From: Octopus bimaculoides
Lineage: Eukaryota
DNA: 64,000 nt
Direction: 5' to 3'
Assembly (NCBI RefSeq): GCF_001194135.2
Contig: NC_069008.1
Span: 8,937,919-9,001,918 of the forward strand
Every line of letters starts with the position of its first letter. The first letter of the stretch is position 1. Positions 50,063 through 62,678 of this stretch are shown piece after piece. The notes below the pieces were generated by a model. It saw nothing but the letters and a program-made list of their open reading frames with translations. It did no database searches and had not been told where the DNA came from. The position numbers were made by a program, and so were the translations under genes.

Positions 50063-50420
50063 GCAGTGGTTCATTGTATGTAGTCCAGTTTAACATTCTG
50101 GATATACTATCTCTCCATTGTCCAGTGTATTTTTGACATGCAATGGTTAATTGTATGTAGTTCATTGTGACAGTCTGGACATGTTATCTCTCCTCTGTTC
50201 TCTGTATTTCTTGATATGCACTGATTAATTGTTTATAGTTCAATTTAACAGTTTGGACTCCAGTTATCTCTCCACCACCTTGTGTAATTTTGAGATGCAC
50301 TGCTTAATTGTATGTAGTTCAGTGTGACAGTCTGGACTTGTCCAGTATCTTTTAGACATACAGTGGTTAATTGTATGTAGTTTGATTCAACAGTCTGAAC
50401 ACATTATCTCTCCACTGTCA
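50063..50420. repeat. Minisatellite, about five degenerate ~60-80-bp units
   Basis: Recurring GCA(G/A/C)TG(G)TTAATTGTATGTAGTTCA...ACAGTCTGGAC...TATCTCTCC. Confidence 0.8.
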
Positions 50421-50563
50421 TAGACGTTACTGCACAGTGTGATGAAATCGAGGACATATGGTTATAAAGCAAACTTCTTAACCATACAGCTAAACCTTAC
50501 TTGTATAATTATCTTTTTTGTGTAACTTTTTTATTTAACCTTTTTACATTTTTGTTTCTCCAG

Positions 50564-50716
50564 GTGTGTGGTGACATCCATGGCCAGTTTTATGATTTGA
50601 AAGAATTGTTTAAAGTCGGCGGTTATGTACCTGATACAAATTACCTTTTCATGGGTGACTTTGTCGATCGAGGATTTTACAGCGTAGAAACATTTTTATT
50701 ATTATTAGCTTTAAAG
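50564..50716 (+). CDS. PPP4C: PP4c coding exon 3 ([51 protein letters not shown])
   Basis: Acceptor tttgtttctccag and donor AAG|gtgagt. 153 nt. Carries the PPP-family metal-binding motifs GDIHG and GDFVDRG; the [14 protein letters not shown] segment is PP4-type. Confidence 0.98.
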
Positions 50717-51670
50717 GTGAGTAGTAACCTTATTAATTTTAATATTTGTGGGACTTTTGCTTGTATTACAAATCATTATTTTTATGTCTTTGAAAGTTTT
50801 ATGTGTGTTTCTCTTGTGACATTTGGGACACTTCTGTGTTCCTTAGCAGCCCTGCTCTCTGGGAATGTAGCAGTGTGAGCCTGGTAAAAATTACATTCTG
50901 TAACTCTGTACTCTTAATGTAGGTAAAGGTTGGAGAGTGCAAAAGCATCAAATATGCACCCACCCAACTTATGCCAGCTCAGAAAAATGGATGCAAGATG
51001 AACAAACACATACATACATATAACACGCACACACACACATTATTTTGCACTATTATAAGGTTTGGCAAGGTGGCAGAACTGTTAGCATGCTAGAGAAAAT
51101 GCCTAACAGCATTTTGTCTGTCTTTACATTCTAAGCTCAAATTCCACCAAGGTCAATTTTGTCTTTCATCCTTTTAGGGTCGATAAAATGAATACCAGTC
51201 AAGTCCTGGGGTTTGATGTAACCGATTTCCTCTCCCCTCAAAAACTGCTGGCCCTGTGCCAAAATTTGAAACCATTATTATGAAGTTTTGTAAGTCGGCA
51301 AGCTGATAGAATTGTTAACACCCGAGACAAATTGTTTAGCAGCATTTCTTTTGGTTTTATGGTCTAAATTTAAATTCTATCGAGGATGATTCACATTTCA
51401 TCCATTTGGGTGAAATAAATACCAGTTGAGTACTGGGGTTGATGAAATCAACTGGCTTTCCTCACCCATTTCAGGCCTTATGTCTGCAGTAGAAAGAATT
51501 ATTTCGAGGTTTGGTTTGTTGTTTCAGGAGTTAATTTGTTACTTTAGAGTTAGGTCTGTGTAGAGCAGTGGTACTTAATCTGGCTAATAGACCCCACTCA
51601 CCAAGAAAGAGCATGGTGAACTCACACTGAGAGGTGATGTATGATTTTTCTTAAAAATAAAAGGGATTAA

Positions 51671-51886
51671 CCATATAGCATTCAGATTAATTTATCAAAT
51701 GTAATGCTTATTTATCCACTTTTTAAAAAATTAATCCTGTATTATCTTGTAGCTTCAAGATTTTGAAGATGTGTTTATTTTTAGAATGACATTGTAAGGT
51801 GAGTGGGAGAAGCTGGATCTGGCCAGTTTGAACATAAAACAGGTAAAACATTTGGGCTGGATATGGCCAGTTTAAATGCTAAAGGA
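51671..51886. mobile_element. Short TTAA-flanked piggyBac-like MITE
   Basis: TTAA flanks and degenerate CCCTTTAGCATT-type TIRs. Other copies or ends lie at 57299-57849 (SINE-interrupted) and near 48630-48654. Confidence 0.65.
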
Positions 51887-53959
51887 TTAAAGCCCCCAAA
51901 ATCAAGTCTGTACTTGTATTTTAATCTCATTTTTAAAAAAATGTTTTTGTCGAGATTAAAATACAAATAGGTATTGTGTTATTATTGAGCAAATGAATGA
52001 TTGCTGATTTGTTAAGGTCCAATATAATTTGATGTGAAGGCATCTGGCTTAGTGATTAGGGTATTAAGTTCACAAGCATAAGGTTGTGAGTTCAATTCCC
52101 AGGCATGTGCTGTGTCCTTGAACAAGACATTTCACTTTGCTCCAGGGCCAGCTTTGTCACATTGTGTGTCACCGTGAATTTCCCTGAGAACTATGTTAAG
52201 GGTACACGTGTCTGTGGAGTACTCAGCCACTTGCATGTTAATTTCATGGGCTGGCTGTTTTGGTCAGTTGAATCAACTGGAAGACTCATCATCATAACCA
52301 ACAGAGTTCCCAAAAAGAAAGAAATATATAATTCCTTATCTGTAAATAGCCACAAGCATGGCTACATGCTTAAGAAGTTCACTTCCCAACTGCATGGTTT
52401 CATGATGTGGTAGTTTATTTTTAGAATGATATTGTAGGGTAGGTGTGAGGGGCTTGATGTGGCCAGTTTGAACATAAAGCAGGTAGAATAATTGGGGCAG
52501 ATATAGCCCTTCTTCTCTATATCCTTCCAAGGAAGGGGTGGACGAGTGACTTCTACTATAGAACAACTGGTGTTGGTGTGCTTATGTTCCCATAACTTAG
52601 TGGTTTAGCAAAAAGAGATTAATAGAATAGGTACCAGGCTTTAAAAAAAGCCCTGGTGTTGATTTGTTTGACTAAAACCCTTCAAGTCAGTGCTCTAGCA
52701 TGGCCACAGTCAAATGATAGACAAGTAAATGACACAAGACAGATATGTGTGTGTGTGCGTCCTTTTTGTGACATCTTATGATAGTTGTAAATAAGGGTCA
52801 CTGTTATATAATTATTGTTGTTTCCAGTCTTCCTTGCCAACATGTTCAGCCACGGGGAAATATTTTAGTTTGAAACCGGTGTGGGTTGGGGACAGGAAGA
52901 GCATTCCGACATAAAAAAATCCACCTCCACAAATTATGCTTGGTCCTTGCAAGCATAGAAAAAATGAGGAGGAGGAGGAAGAAAGCCTTTCCTTCTTTTG
53001 TAGTTTACCTTTTTTTACTCGTTTCAGTCATTAGATTGCGGCCATGCTGGGGCATCACCTTGACAAATTTTGTAGTCAAATGAATTAACCCCAGTACTTA
53101 TTTTTTTTTTTAAACTGGTACTTATGCTATCAGTCTCTGTTGCCAAACTACTGGGTTATAGGGATGTAAACACACCAATACCAGTTGTCAAGCAGTAGTG
53201 CAAGACAAATACAGAAACAAAGACACACACACACACACACACACACAGAAGCTTCTTTCAATTTCTATCTTCCAAATCTACTCCAAGGCTTTGGTTGCCC
53301 TGGGACCATGCTAGTTCTAACACACTTGCCCAAGGTGCCAAGCAGTGGGACTGAACCAGTAGTCATGTAGTTGGGAAGCAATCTTCTTACCACACAGCAC
53401 CATAGGAGTGCTAGTTCAAGTAAATATCTAAAAAAAGAAAAAGACAGATGGGATAGTTTAAGAAACCATGGATAATAAACCATTCCCCAAAACTGGACAT
53501 TTGCTTGGCCAAACATGGCATAGCAGGGGGCATTTGTAAAATTAGGGGAGAGAAATGCTGAATTACAAGTGATTGAAAATTACCAGTGTAGAGCAATAGT
53601 TCCAAGCCTCTATTTTGCTGTACTGTTCGTCCAACCCATGCTAGCATGAAAAGCGGACGTTAAACGATGATGATGATGATGATGATGATGACTGGTTTTT
53701 CTATAGACCAGGAAATTGTGTGCATAATATATAATTCAATTATTACATGTATAATACATATATGTATTACATATATATTATATATATACATTATATATAT
53801 ATATAAAATTCAAATTATGAATGTAAACAAACAAACGAAGTTTGCTTTAGAAACATTGAGATGTCTTAGAAAGTTTTTAAATTCTCAAATGCAGGATAAT
53901 GCTAATAATATAGCCTGAACAGGATAAGCTACTTCTATTTTGCAGAAAAAAATGGTGTA

Positions 53960-54038
53960 GGCGGTTTAGCTTAATGGTTCAGAGCACCTCGACGCGTAAT
54001 CATGGAGGTGTGAGTTCGAGTCTCATAGCCAGCCACCA
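53960..54038 (+). tRNA. tRNA-like sequence (anticodon position CGT, Thr-like), probably a pseudogene or element-borne, inside 24-bp inverted repeats
   Basis: A box TAGCTTAATGG; D stem GCTT/GAGC; T arm GTGAG TTCGAGT CTCAT; acceptor GGCGGTT/AGCC(A)GCC; ends ACCA, then T6 at 54043-54048. The anticodon stem has two mismatches. Confidence 0.5.
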
Positions 54039-54064
54039 ACACTTTTTTCTGCAAAATAGGGGTA

Positions 54065-54105
<41 letters not shown>

Positions 54106-54960
54106 CACATACAATGCATACCTATACTAAAATTGGAAGGATATAGAGAAGAATTATTCTACCTGCTTTATGTTCAAACTGGCCACATCAAGCCCCTCAC
54201 ACCTACCCTACAATATCATTCTAAAAATAAACCACCACATCATCAAAATCTTGAAGCTACAAGACAATGTATGACTAATTCAAAACAATATGAATAAATG
54301 TGTATTACATGTAACAGAATAAACTGAATGCTAAATGAGACTAATGGGAACCTTGTGCTTCGTGATAACGGCAACACACCTCACCACAATTTTCCCAGGC
54401 CCCACTGGTGGGGGCATATGCCCTATGTTGGAAATCACTGATGTAGAGTAATGTAAGTTGGTTTATTTTGCCTAGATGGTGTTTGTGTTCTGTATATGTT
54501 GTATGTGTAGTCTATACATATAAATTTGACATGGGCAATTCTTTCTTGTCTTGGGATTCAGTCAAACAGCTAGGTGGAATTACACGAAAAATTACACAGA
54601 TGTGTAGAATGATCTGTGGTGATGCTGGGCTTTGTATTTTTTCATAGCTCCCATGGTTACCGAAATAATCTACTATAATAATACTCTTGTTTTTATGAAT
54701 GAGAAAGGAAGGGGTGATAGATGTTTGACAGAAAAGTAATTCTAAAATTGTTTTTTAATGTAAGAGGGCCCAAACAAGTCAAATGCTTACACAGAGCAGG
54801 TTTTACAGCCACATCATCCAAACCAACCGGGTGAAACCGGGCCTAGCTGCTAGTTAATAATTATAAGTTGCAGTTCTCCTTCTCGCTTTCTTTCTCTCTC
54901 TCTTACACACACCTCTCCTCCTTCTCTTATTGAACCTTCCTTATAAATTTTCCATTACAG

Positions 54961-55134
54961 GTGCGATACCCAGACAGAATCACTCTTATCCGAGGCAACC
55001 ACGAAAGTCGACAGATTACCCAGGTGTATGGCTTCTATGATGAATGTTTGAGGAAGTATGGGTCTATCACTGTGTGGCGCTACTGTACCGAAATATTCGA
55101 CTTCCTTAGTTTATCAGCGATCATTGACGGCAAA
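54961..55134 (+). CDS. PPP4C: PP4c coding exon 4 ([58 protein letters not shown])
   Basis: Acceptor tttccattacag and donor AAA|gtaagt. 174 nt. Contains the GNHE catalytic motif. Confidence 0.98.
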
Positions 55135-55970
55135 GTAAGTCAGACCCATTGTCACATTTTCTCTACTGCTGCTCCTCCTTCTCTTCCTCCCTCCTTGCCC
55201 CCTCCCCTTCTTCAATATAGTCACCACCACTAGTCACCCTATAATGAACTAGTGAGGGAGTGGTGGGGTGCTGTTTGATCTGCTAGAAACTGCAGCAAAA
55301 TCTTCAGATCATTCTCTTCCTTCTTAAAAACTGGAGAGACATGTTTGCTGTGTGTCTAAAAAAAAAAAAAAAGATGATGATCTTGGCGAGAGCACCTTTG
55401 ATTATAAGTTTGTTTGATCAGATCTACTGGAGTTTAACAACAGAAAGCACCCCCATGACACCTATACACCAACATATCACACTACTACCTCCACCATTTT
55501 AGATATAAGATATGATATATATTAGGTGGAATTTCTACACAGCTGGATGCCTTTCCTGTCACCAACTCTCACCCATTTCCAGGTCATGCAATATTTCCCT
55601 TTGTCTAAACATGTTTTCAGGGAAGATTGAAATGAAGGACGCAGCCTGTATGACAATGACACAATCAACTATTGTGCAATATCAAGGGAAGGAGAAGCCA
55701 ACTCTCTTTCTTTCTCTCTCTCTCACTCGCTCTCTCTCTCTCCCCCTGTCTCTCACATTTTTAGAAACAAAGAAATTGCAAATGCCAGAGAATAACTGTG
55801 AAAACAGCTTTAGAAAATTGGGTAAAAATACAACCTACTTGATGCTTCCATGTTTATTGTATAAGTGTGTGTGTGTGTGTATGTATATCTATCTACCTAT
55901 ATAATAATGGACTTTTCTCACTTTCCATCTGCCAAATCCATTTGCAAGGATTTGGTCAGCCTGAGTTTAA

Positions 55971-57014
55971 CCCTTTCGTTACTAACCCGGCCGTAGCCGG
56001 CCGAAAAAGTTTTTGGTTCATAAGACTAACCTGGCCGTAGCCGGCCGAGCGTACCCATTGTTATTTAAATGTATATTTGAACCCAAATCTCGTTAGTACA
56101 TTCGTTAAAACACCTGATTTCACTTTGCAAACAGTTGAGTTATTGTCTCCGACATTGTTTGGCGTGATATTTGAACTCAGTGNNNNNNNNNNNNNNNNNN
56201 NNNNNNNNNNNNNNNNNNNNNNNNNNNNNNNNNNNNNNNNNNNNNNNNNNNNNNNNNNNNNNNNNNNNNNNNNNNNNNNNNNNNNNNNNNNNNNNNNNNN
56301 NNNNNNNNNNNNNNNNNNNNNNNNNNNNNNNNNNNNNNNNNNNNNNNNNNNNNNNNNNNNNNNNNNNNNNNNNNNNNNNNNNNNNNNNNNNNNNNNNNNN
56401 NNNNNNNNNNNNNNNNNNNNNNNNNNNNNNNNNNNNNNNNNNNNNNNNNNNNNNNNNNNNNNNNNNNNNNNNNNNNNNNNNNNNNNNNNNNNNNNNNNNN
56501 NNNNNNNNNNNNNNNNNNNNNNNNNNNNNNNNNNNNNNNNNNNNNNNNNNNNNNNNNNNNNNNNNNNNNNNNNNNNNNNNNNNNNNNNNNNNNNNNNNNN
56601 NNNNNNNNNNNNNNNNNNNNNNNNNNNNNNNNNNNNNNNNNNNNNNNNNNNNNNNNNNNNNNNNNNNNNNNNNNNNNNNNNNNNNNNNNNNNNTATTAGA
56701 CAGTTTCCCAGAATAACAAATTACTGGAGCGATCAGGAACCTTTTGGCGATGAATATATTTCCAGTATTATGAACGAGTACGATTCGTGAAGCTGAACCA
56801 ATATTTACATGTGAGAGACCCCAGAGACAAAAATTATGCAATAGAATTGATTAAGAACCCTTTCTTTAATTATGTTCCAAATATCACATTAATATGTTGA
56901 TAAATAAAAAAGTTACAGGTGTTTAATAAGACTAGTCTAAATTCATGATTATTTTAGAATTTAATTGAAACTCATGAGGGGTGTATTTTGGTCAGAAATA
57001 TAGTAACGAAAGGG
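55971..57014 (+). mobile_element. Internally deleted piggyBac element nested in a SINE (spans an N-gap)
   Basis: TTAA on both sides and a perfect 14-bp TIR CCCTTTCGTTACTA/TAGTAACGAAAGGG. A transposase fragment IRQFPRITNYWSDQEPFGDEYISSIM/RVRFVKLNQYLHVRD lies at 56695-56817. Confidence 0.92.
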
Positions 57015-58480
57015 TTAAAGAAAATGACACTTACCCAAGATACCTTGCAGCAGGATTGAACCTGGAACCATGAGGTTGGGGATCAAGCCTTTTAATCACA
57101 TAGCCATGCTTGCGCTTTAATAAAATACAGTGCTAGTCATGTAATGAGGTTAATTTAACTGATATTGGTGTCATCTTGGCGTCTTTCATGCTGAAGAAAC
57201 CTTGTATTTGAGTTGATCATCCTTAATTGGAGTTAATGCCTTTCAAAGTCTGGTAGGATAATCCTGAATAAATCTTCTTAGTGGTGGTCATGCTTTAACT
57301 CTTTAGCATTTAGATTACTCTGTCAAATGTAATGCATATTTCTTTTATCTTTTACTTGTTTCAGTCATTAGATTATGGCCATGCTGAGGCACCAATTTAA
57401 AGAATTTTAGTTGAACATATCAACCCCAGTACTCATTTTCTTCTTAAGCATGGTGCTTATTCTGTTGGTCATTTTTGCTGAATCACTAAGTTACATGGAG
57501 TAGACACACCACAATGACAGTCAAGCAATGGTGGGGGACAAACACACACACACATATGCAATATGGGCTTGTTTCCAGTTTCCATCTGCCAAATCTTTGG
57601 TCGGCCCGAGGCTATAGTAGACGACACTTGCACAAGGTGCCACACAGTGGGGGTTACCTCGGAACCATGTGGTTGGGAAGCAAGTTTCTTACCACAGGGC
57701 CATTTTTAATTAATCATGCATTATCTCATAGCTTCAAGATTTCAATATGATTATTTTTACAATGACATCATATGGTAGGTGTGAGAGGCCAAATCTGACT
57801 GTCTGAACAGGTAAACTGAGCTGGGTATGGCCAGTTTAAATGCTTTAGGTTAAAGCTGAATGAAGGTGTTAAACCCAGTGGTCACTCATTTTTACTGTTT
57901 AGCTCCAAGTTAACCCTGTTGAAACAGACCTATAGTCAAAAGCATTTTGGCATGGATTTTCTCATTTTTATTACACTCAGTGCATCTAGGAATATATTAT
58001 TAAAGGATTCTTTTTAAAAAGATTGTATGTAACCTTTTGGCCTTTTAACTGGCCATATCCAGTTCAAATTTTCTCCTTGCCTTATGTTAAAACTAATCAG
58101 ATCTGTAAAGATGAAAGGCAAAAATTAACCTCAGTGAGATTTGAACTCTGCATGCTGAGAGTCTGATCTAGTATGGTGAGGTATTGTATCTGATGCTCTA
58201 ATGACTCTGCCAGTACATTGTCTTGTTGCTTCCATTTTTTTTCTGTTATTTCCTTTTCTCTAACATTCTGTAATTACTGCTCCCTTTTTCCTTTCTCTTT
58301 AGAATGGGAGTAAGTACTTGAATATTTTGACACACATTTTTGTTGTTTAGCATCAGGTTGTCTTTGATGAAACAAACTGCTGACTGAAGATGTCACCCCT
58401 GCCTATCCTTGTGGGCTTAATACTTTCATGTCAAATATATTGTTTTCTGTTTCTAATATATAGACATTGTGTTATTTCAG

Positions 58481-58607
58481 ATTTTCTGTGTCCATGGAGG
58501 ACTGTCTCCCTCAATCCAGACATTAGACCAAATAAGGGCCATAGATCGAAAACAAGAAGTTCCTCATGATGGCCCCATGTGTGACCTGTTGTGGTCTGAC
58601 CCTGAAG
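58481..58607 (+). CDS. PPP4C: PP4c coding exon 5 ([42 protein letters not shown]+G); later exons are not in the window
   Basis: Acceptor gttatttcag and donor GAAG|gtaaaa. 127 nt. Has the HGG and DLLWSDP motifs. I found no WGxSPRGAG exon in 58608-64000. Confidence 0.97.
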
Positions 58608-60066
58608 GTAAAACAACTTTTTGTTTCTTTTTAAATATGCATGTGTGTGTGTGTAGGTGTGGCTGTGTGGTAAGAAGCTTGCTTCCCTGCCATATGGTTC
58701 CAGGTTCAGTCCCATTCTGTGGCACCTTGGGCAAGGGTTATCTACTGTAGTCTCAAGTTGACCAATGTCTTGTGAGTGGATTTAGAAGATGGAAACTGAA
58801 AGAAGTCCATTGTGTGTGTGTGTGTGTGGTTCACACAATTAATGACAGACTTGCAGCTGTAGCAAACAACTTGTGACTGTTGAGGCTGACATGTATGATG
58901 TCCTTGAACAACTGTAAGTTGCTGGAGATAATACTTATGGTTGAGGGACACGAGGGAGGAGTGGTTGCGGTGAAAGGTGACCGGTGGTTAGGGTAGACCA
59001 GGGAGTAGGGATGAAAGGGGATCTGTATTGGAGGTAGACTAGGAAGAGGAGTTATGCTAACAAACTGGTGCAATACCAAGACATATTAAGGAAATGCTGG
59101 TGTTGCAGACCTATTGGACTCAATCAAGGCCAGAATGAATAAAATTAACAAATTAGCAATGATTTGCAAGTTTTTATTTCTTCAAATAATAAACTTTTCT
59201 CTCTATTAGTATTTTGCCAAATGTATTTGTGCTTATGTGTGTGTATGTGGGGGAGGGGTTGGCACTGGAGCATAGGGGTGGAATTAGGTTACTAATAACA
59301 AAACACTGTTTCATGTATATGTGTTACTTATCAGTGATAACCTGGTGAGTGTAATCTTCACTGGAAGTGGATGGTAGGGGAGAGGGGATAGCAGATAAAA
59401 AACAAAAAGCTCTTATCATTGACTTAATTTCACAAACAATAACATACACACATGCAGTTATGTGTAATATATACACGTACATACATAGGGAGAAGTAGAT
59501 GTGCTAGGTGTGCTACAAATTACCATATGAGGTTGCTGTTGCTCATCATTTTATCTGAAGATGTGATCCATGACCAGTCTAATTTTATTGTGATTATAAT
59601 TATTCATTGACCTTGATTATTAATTGCTGAAGCAATTGTAAATGATGTGAAATAAACAAAATACTAACAACTTGCTTCCTGCTGTTGAAAGGATCGAAAG
59701 CTAAGATGACCTTAGCTGAGTTTGAATTTGGTGCACAAAACATTTCGTCCAATAATAGCATCATCATCTTTCATCATTTCACTTTCTCCTTCCCCATTGG
59801 TGTGAGTTAGACAAATTGTCATGATCCAAGTCAATTCTTATTTGGAGTTCCTATTTTTATAAATAGGTCAGCAGACCACATCTCACTCCTGCTTCATTTT
59901 TGACTTGGTTTTTCTGACTTGATGCGCTTACTATCATCAACAACTTTATTGCATATACTCAGTCGTATTTTATCTTGGTTATCATTCTCTAGGTTGTCAT
60001 GTCCTAGAGAAGACTAAAGGTTACCTCAACTGATTAGCCAATCACTTCACACGGTGTATTGGTTAC

Positions 60067-60200
60067 ATGAGGTTCCTCTGAAAGATTTTTGGATTAACAT
60101 TACTCAATAGGATGCAGTGTGCTCAAACATCGGAGTGGGGTTGTCGCTCCAGATTGAGCTGCTACTTCTCTACATTGAGAGATCACAGCTCCAGTACTAC
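60067..60200 (+). mobile_element. Old RTE-type LINE remnant
   Basis: MRFL*KIFGLTLLN followed, after a frameshift, by LQIELLLLYIERSQLQ. This resembles the LLLHIERSQLRW C-terminal motif. Confidence 0.55.
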
Positions 60201-62645
60201 ACACTTTTGATTATAATGTTGCAGGAACATAAAAGCAAACATACTAGCAGAAAGACTGCCTTCCAAGCAGTTTTCTGCTAACCACTTGATAATATTTTCA
60301 CATTTGATTCCCAGTTCTAATATTTTAAAAATTTTATGTCTAATTATTTCTTTATGTAATAGTGCTCACTTGATTAGTAAATATTGTTTTCATTATTTTA
60401 TAATCATAATCTCTTTTTTAAACAAACATCAAGGTAGTCTAACTACAGAGGGGAAAGCAGTTTAAGTTTTACCTTCCCCTCAAAACAACATAGAGATTCC
60501 AATTCAGCAGCCCATCTGTAAGCTTTGCAGTGTGTATGTGTGTGTGTGAGAGAGTGCAGGAGAGAGAACATTGCAAACAATGAATGAAATAAACATAAAA
60601 TAAAAAAATCATATGAATAAAAGGGTATAACTACAGATGTATACACCCCCGACTTTGTTGCCTAATAATAACCAGAAAAATGGATACTTTTTAATGAAAT
60701 TTTCCATGTATACTGCTTAGATGTTGTGACTTCAGAGTATATAGGAATTTAGAGGAAAGAATTTTTTCGACAGGGTGGAGAGGAGAGTTTGGGAAAATTC
60801 ACGCTATCTGACTTTTTCCTTTCAGGAAATGGGTATCTTTTAATGTAAATTTATGCAAATACCTGTCAAACGGTATAGATTACAATTATAAGGGAATCTG
60901 TGGAGAAAATTTTTTCCTAGGGGGTGGGGAGAGGAGTTTCGGATCAGGAAGACCAAATAAGTTAGAACTATTGTTTTGACAGGAATTTTCTCCATTTTTT
61001 TAAAAAATTCACAGCCTTCGAAAAGATGTGATGGGGGTGGGGCCATCTTTGTATGAAAAAATGTTTTGAAAATTTATTTTTTTAACACCCCACACCCCTC
61101 TCTTATCATCCCACTCCAGACCTATTTTTGTTGCACTTCAAAAGCATGAGAGGAGCCTTTACAGTAAAAATATAAAGAAATTGTTAATATTTTCAGAGAG
61201 AAAAGTCAGTGATTTAGGGGAGTTTTGGCTGTTGTTTTTAGCATGTCCCAAGACGACTCTCCATGTTTCTTAATCACTCTCGCATGTGTTGCTGTTTTTC
61301 GATATTTTTCTCCCCATAAATACATTTATCTGGTAAAGAAAAGAGAATTTGAAAAATTATGAATTTTCTGCAACCCTGTTCCCTGCCCCCAATTGTTTTT
61401 GTTTATAAATTAAAATATCAGAGAGCCTGAGAAGGTTATTGCTGGCATTTATCCACAGTGATTTAAAGAAAGAGTTATGTAAATGATAATTCATTTTAAT
61501 AGCATACTTTTCTGTTAGAAAATGCTTTTTCTTACATGCACACACGGCTTTACTTGATTAAGGTGAGGATAGATTACAATTTTGAAATTGTGCCTCATAT
61601 CAAAGTTATACAGCTGTTTTGTCTAATAGCATGTTTTCATTAAACACAAAATCACTTAAAAATTATACCAGTATATTAAAAAAAATTTTCATTTAACAAA
61701 CTCTTGAAACTAATAATATTCTTGAAATTGTGCCTCATATCAAAGTTATATAGCTATTAATAAATTATTAATGAAAATAGAGGTGAGAGAGAGATTCTTG
61801 CAAATGAAAATAGAAAATGTCGCTTGCAACGAATTAATATTATTTATTATTAAATATTAAAATCTACTCTGCAGTGAATGCAATGAATATATAAATTTGT
61901 GAAAAATTGGATGCAGTGAATGCAACAAATATTTAAATTTAAGAAAAATTAGAGTTCAAAAATTCAATAAACTTCAGAAATCAAAATTATAGGAAATTTC
62001 ATAGAACAGGAATTTATAAAAAATACTTCCAGATGGTCAAGCCTTTAATAATTGCTTTCTTTTAGTACTTTTAGTAATTGTTACATGCTTAATTAATAAG
62101 CAGCTTTCTCCATTATAATATAGATATAAGCACACACACATATACATGCATATATGTGTGTGTGTGTGTGCATCTGTGTTTGTACATCCCCCACCACTGC
62201 TTGACAGCTGGTGCTGGTTTGTTTACATTCCTATAACTTAGTGGTTTGACAAAAAGGGATTTATAGAATAAGCATGAGGCTTAAAAAGAAGTACTGGGAT
62301 TGATTTGTTTGACTAAAATCATTGAAAGCAATGCCCCAACACATTTGCTCCCCATCCTCAACCACACTTTGCTCTCCTACCACCACTCTCTCCCCCTCAC
62401 TGTCACCACTCTCTGCTCCCTCTCCCTTATATATATGTATGTATATGAGAGATAGATTGATTTTAAATTTTGGTACAAGGCCAGCAACTTTAGGGGAGAG
62501 GTTAAGTTAATTACATTAGCCTGGAAGGGATGAAAACCAAAGTCAACTATTGTGGAATTTGAACTGGAAACATAAATTTTACCTAATATGCTAATGATTC
62601 TGCCAGCTCGCCACCCTACTCTGTCTGTCTCACTCTCTCTCATTC

Positions 62646-62678
<33 letters not shown>

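Noticed and set aside
60121-60150. Next PPP4C exon (a WG-containing string)
   Set aside because: It lacks SPRGAG and splice context, and reads better as an RTE LINE remnant.
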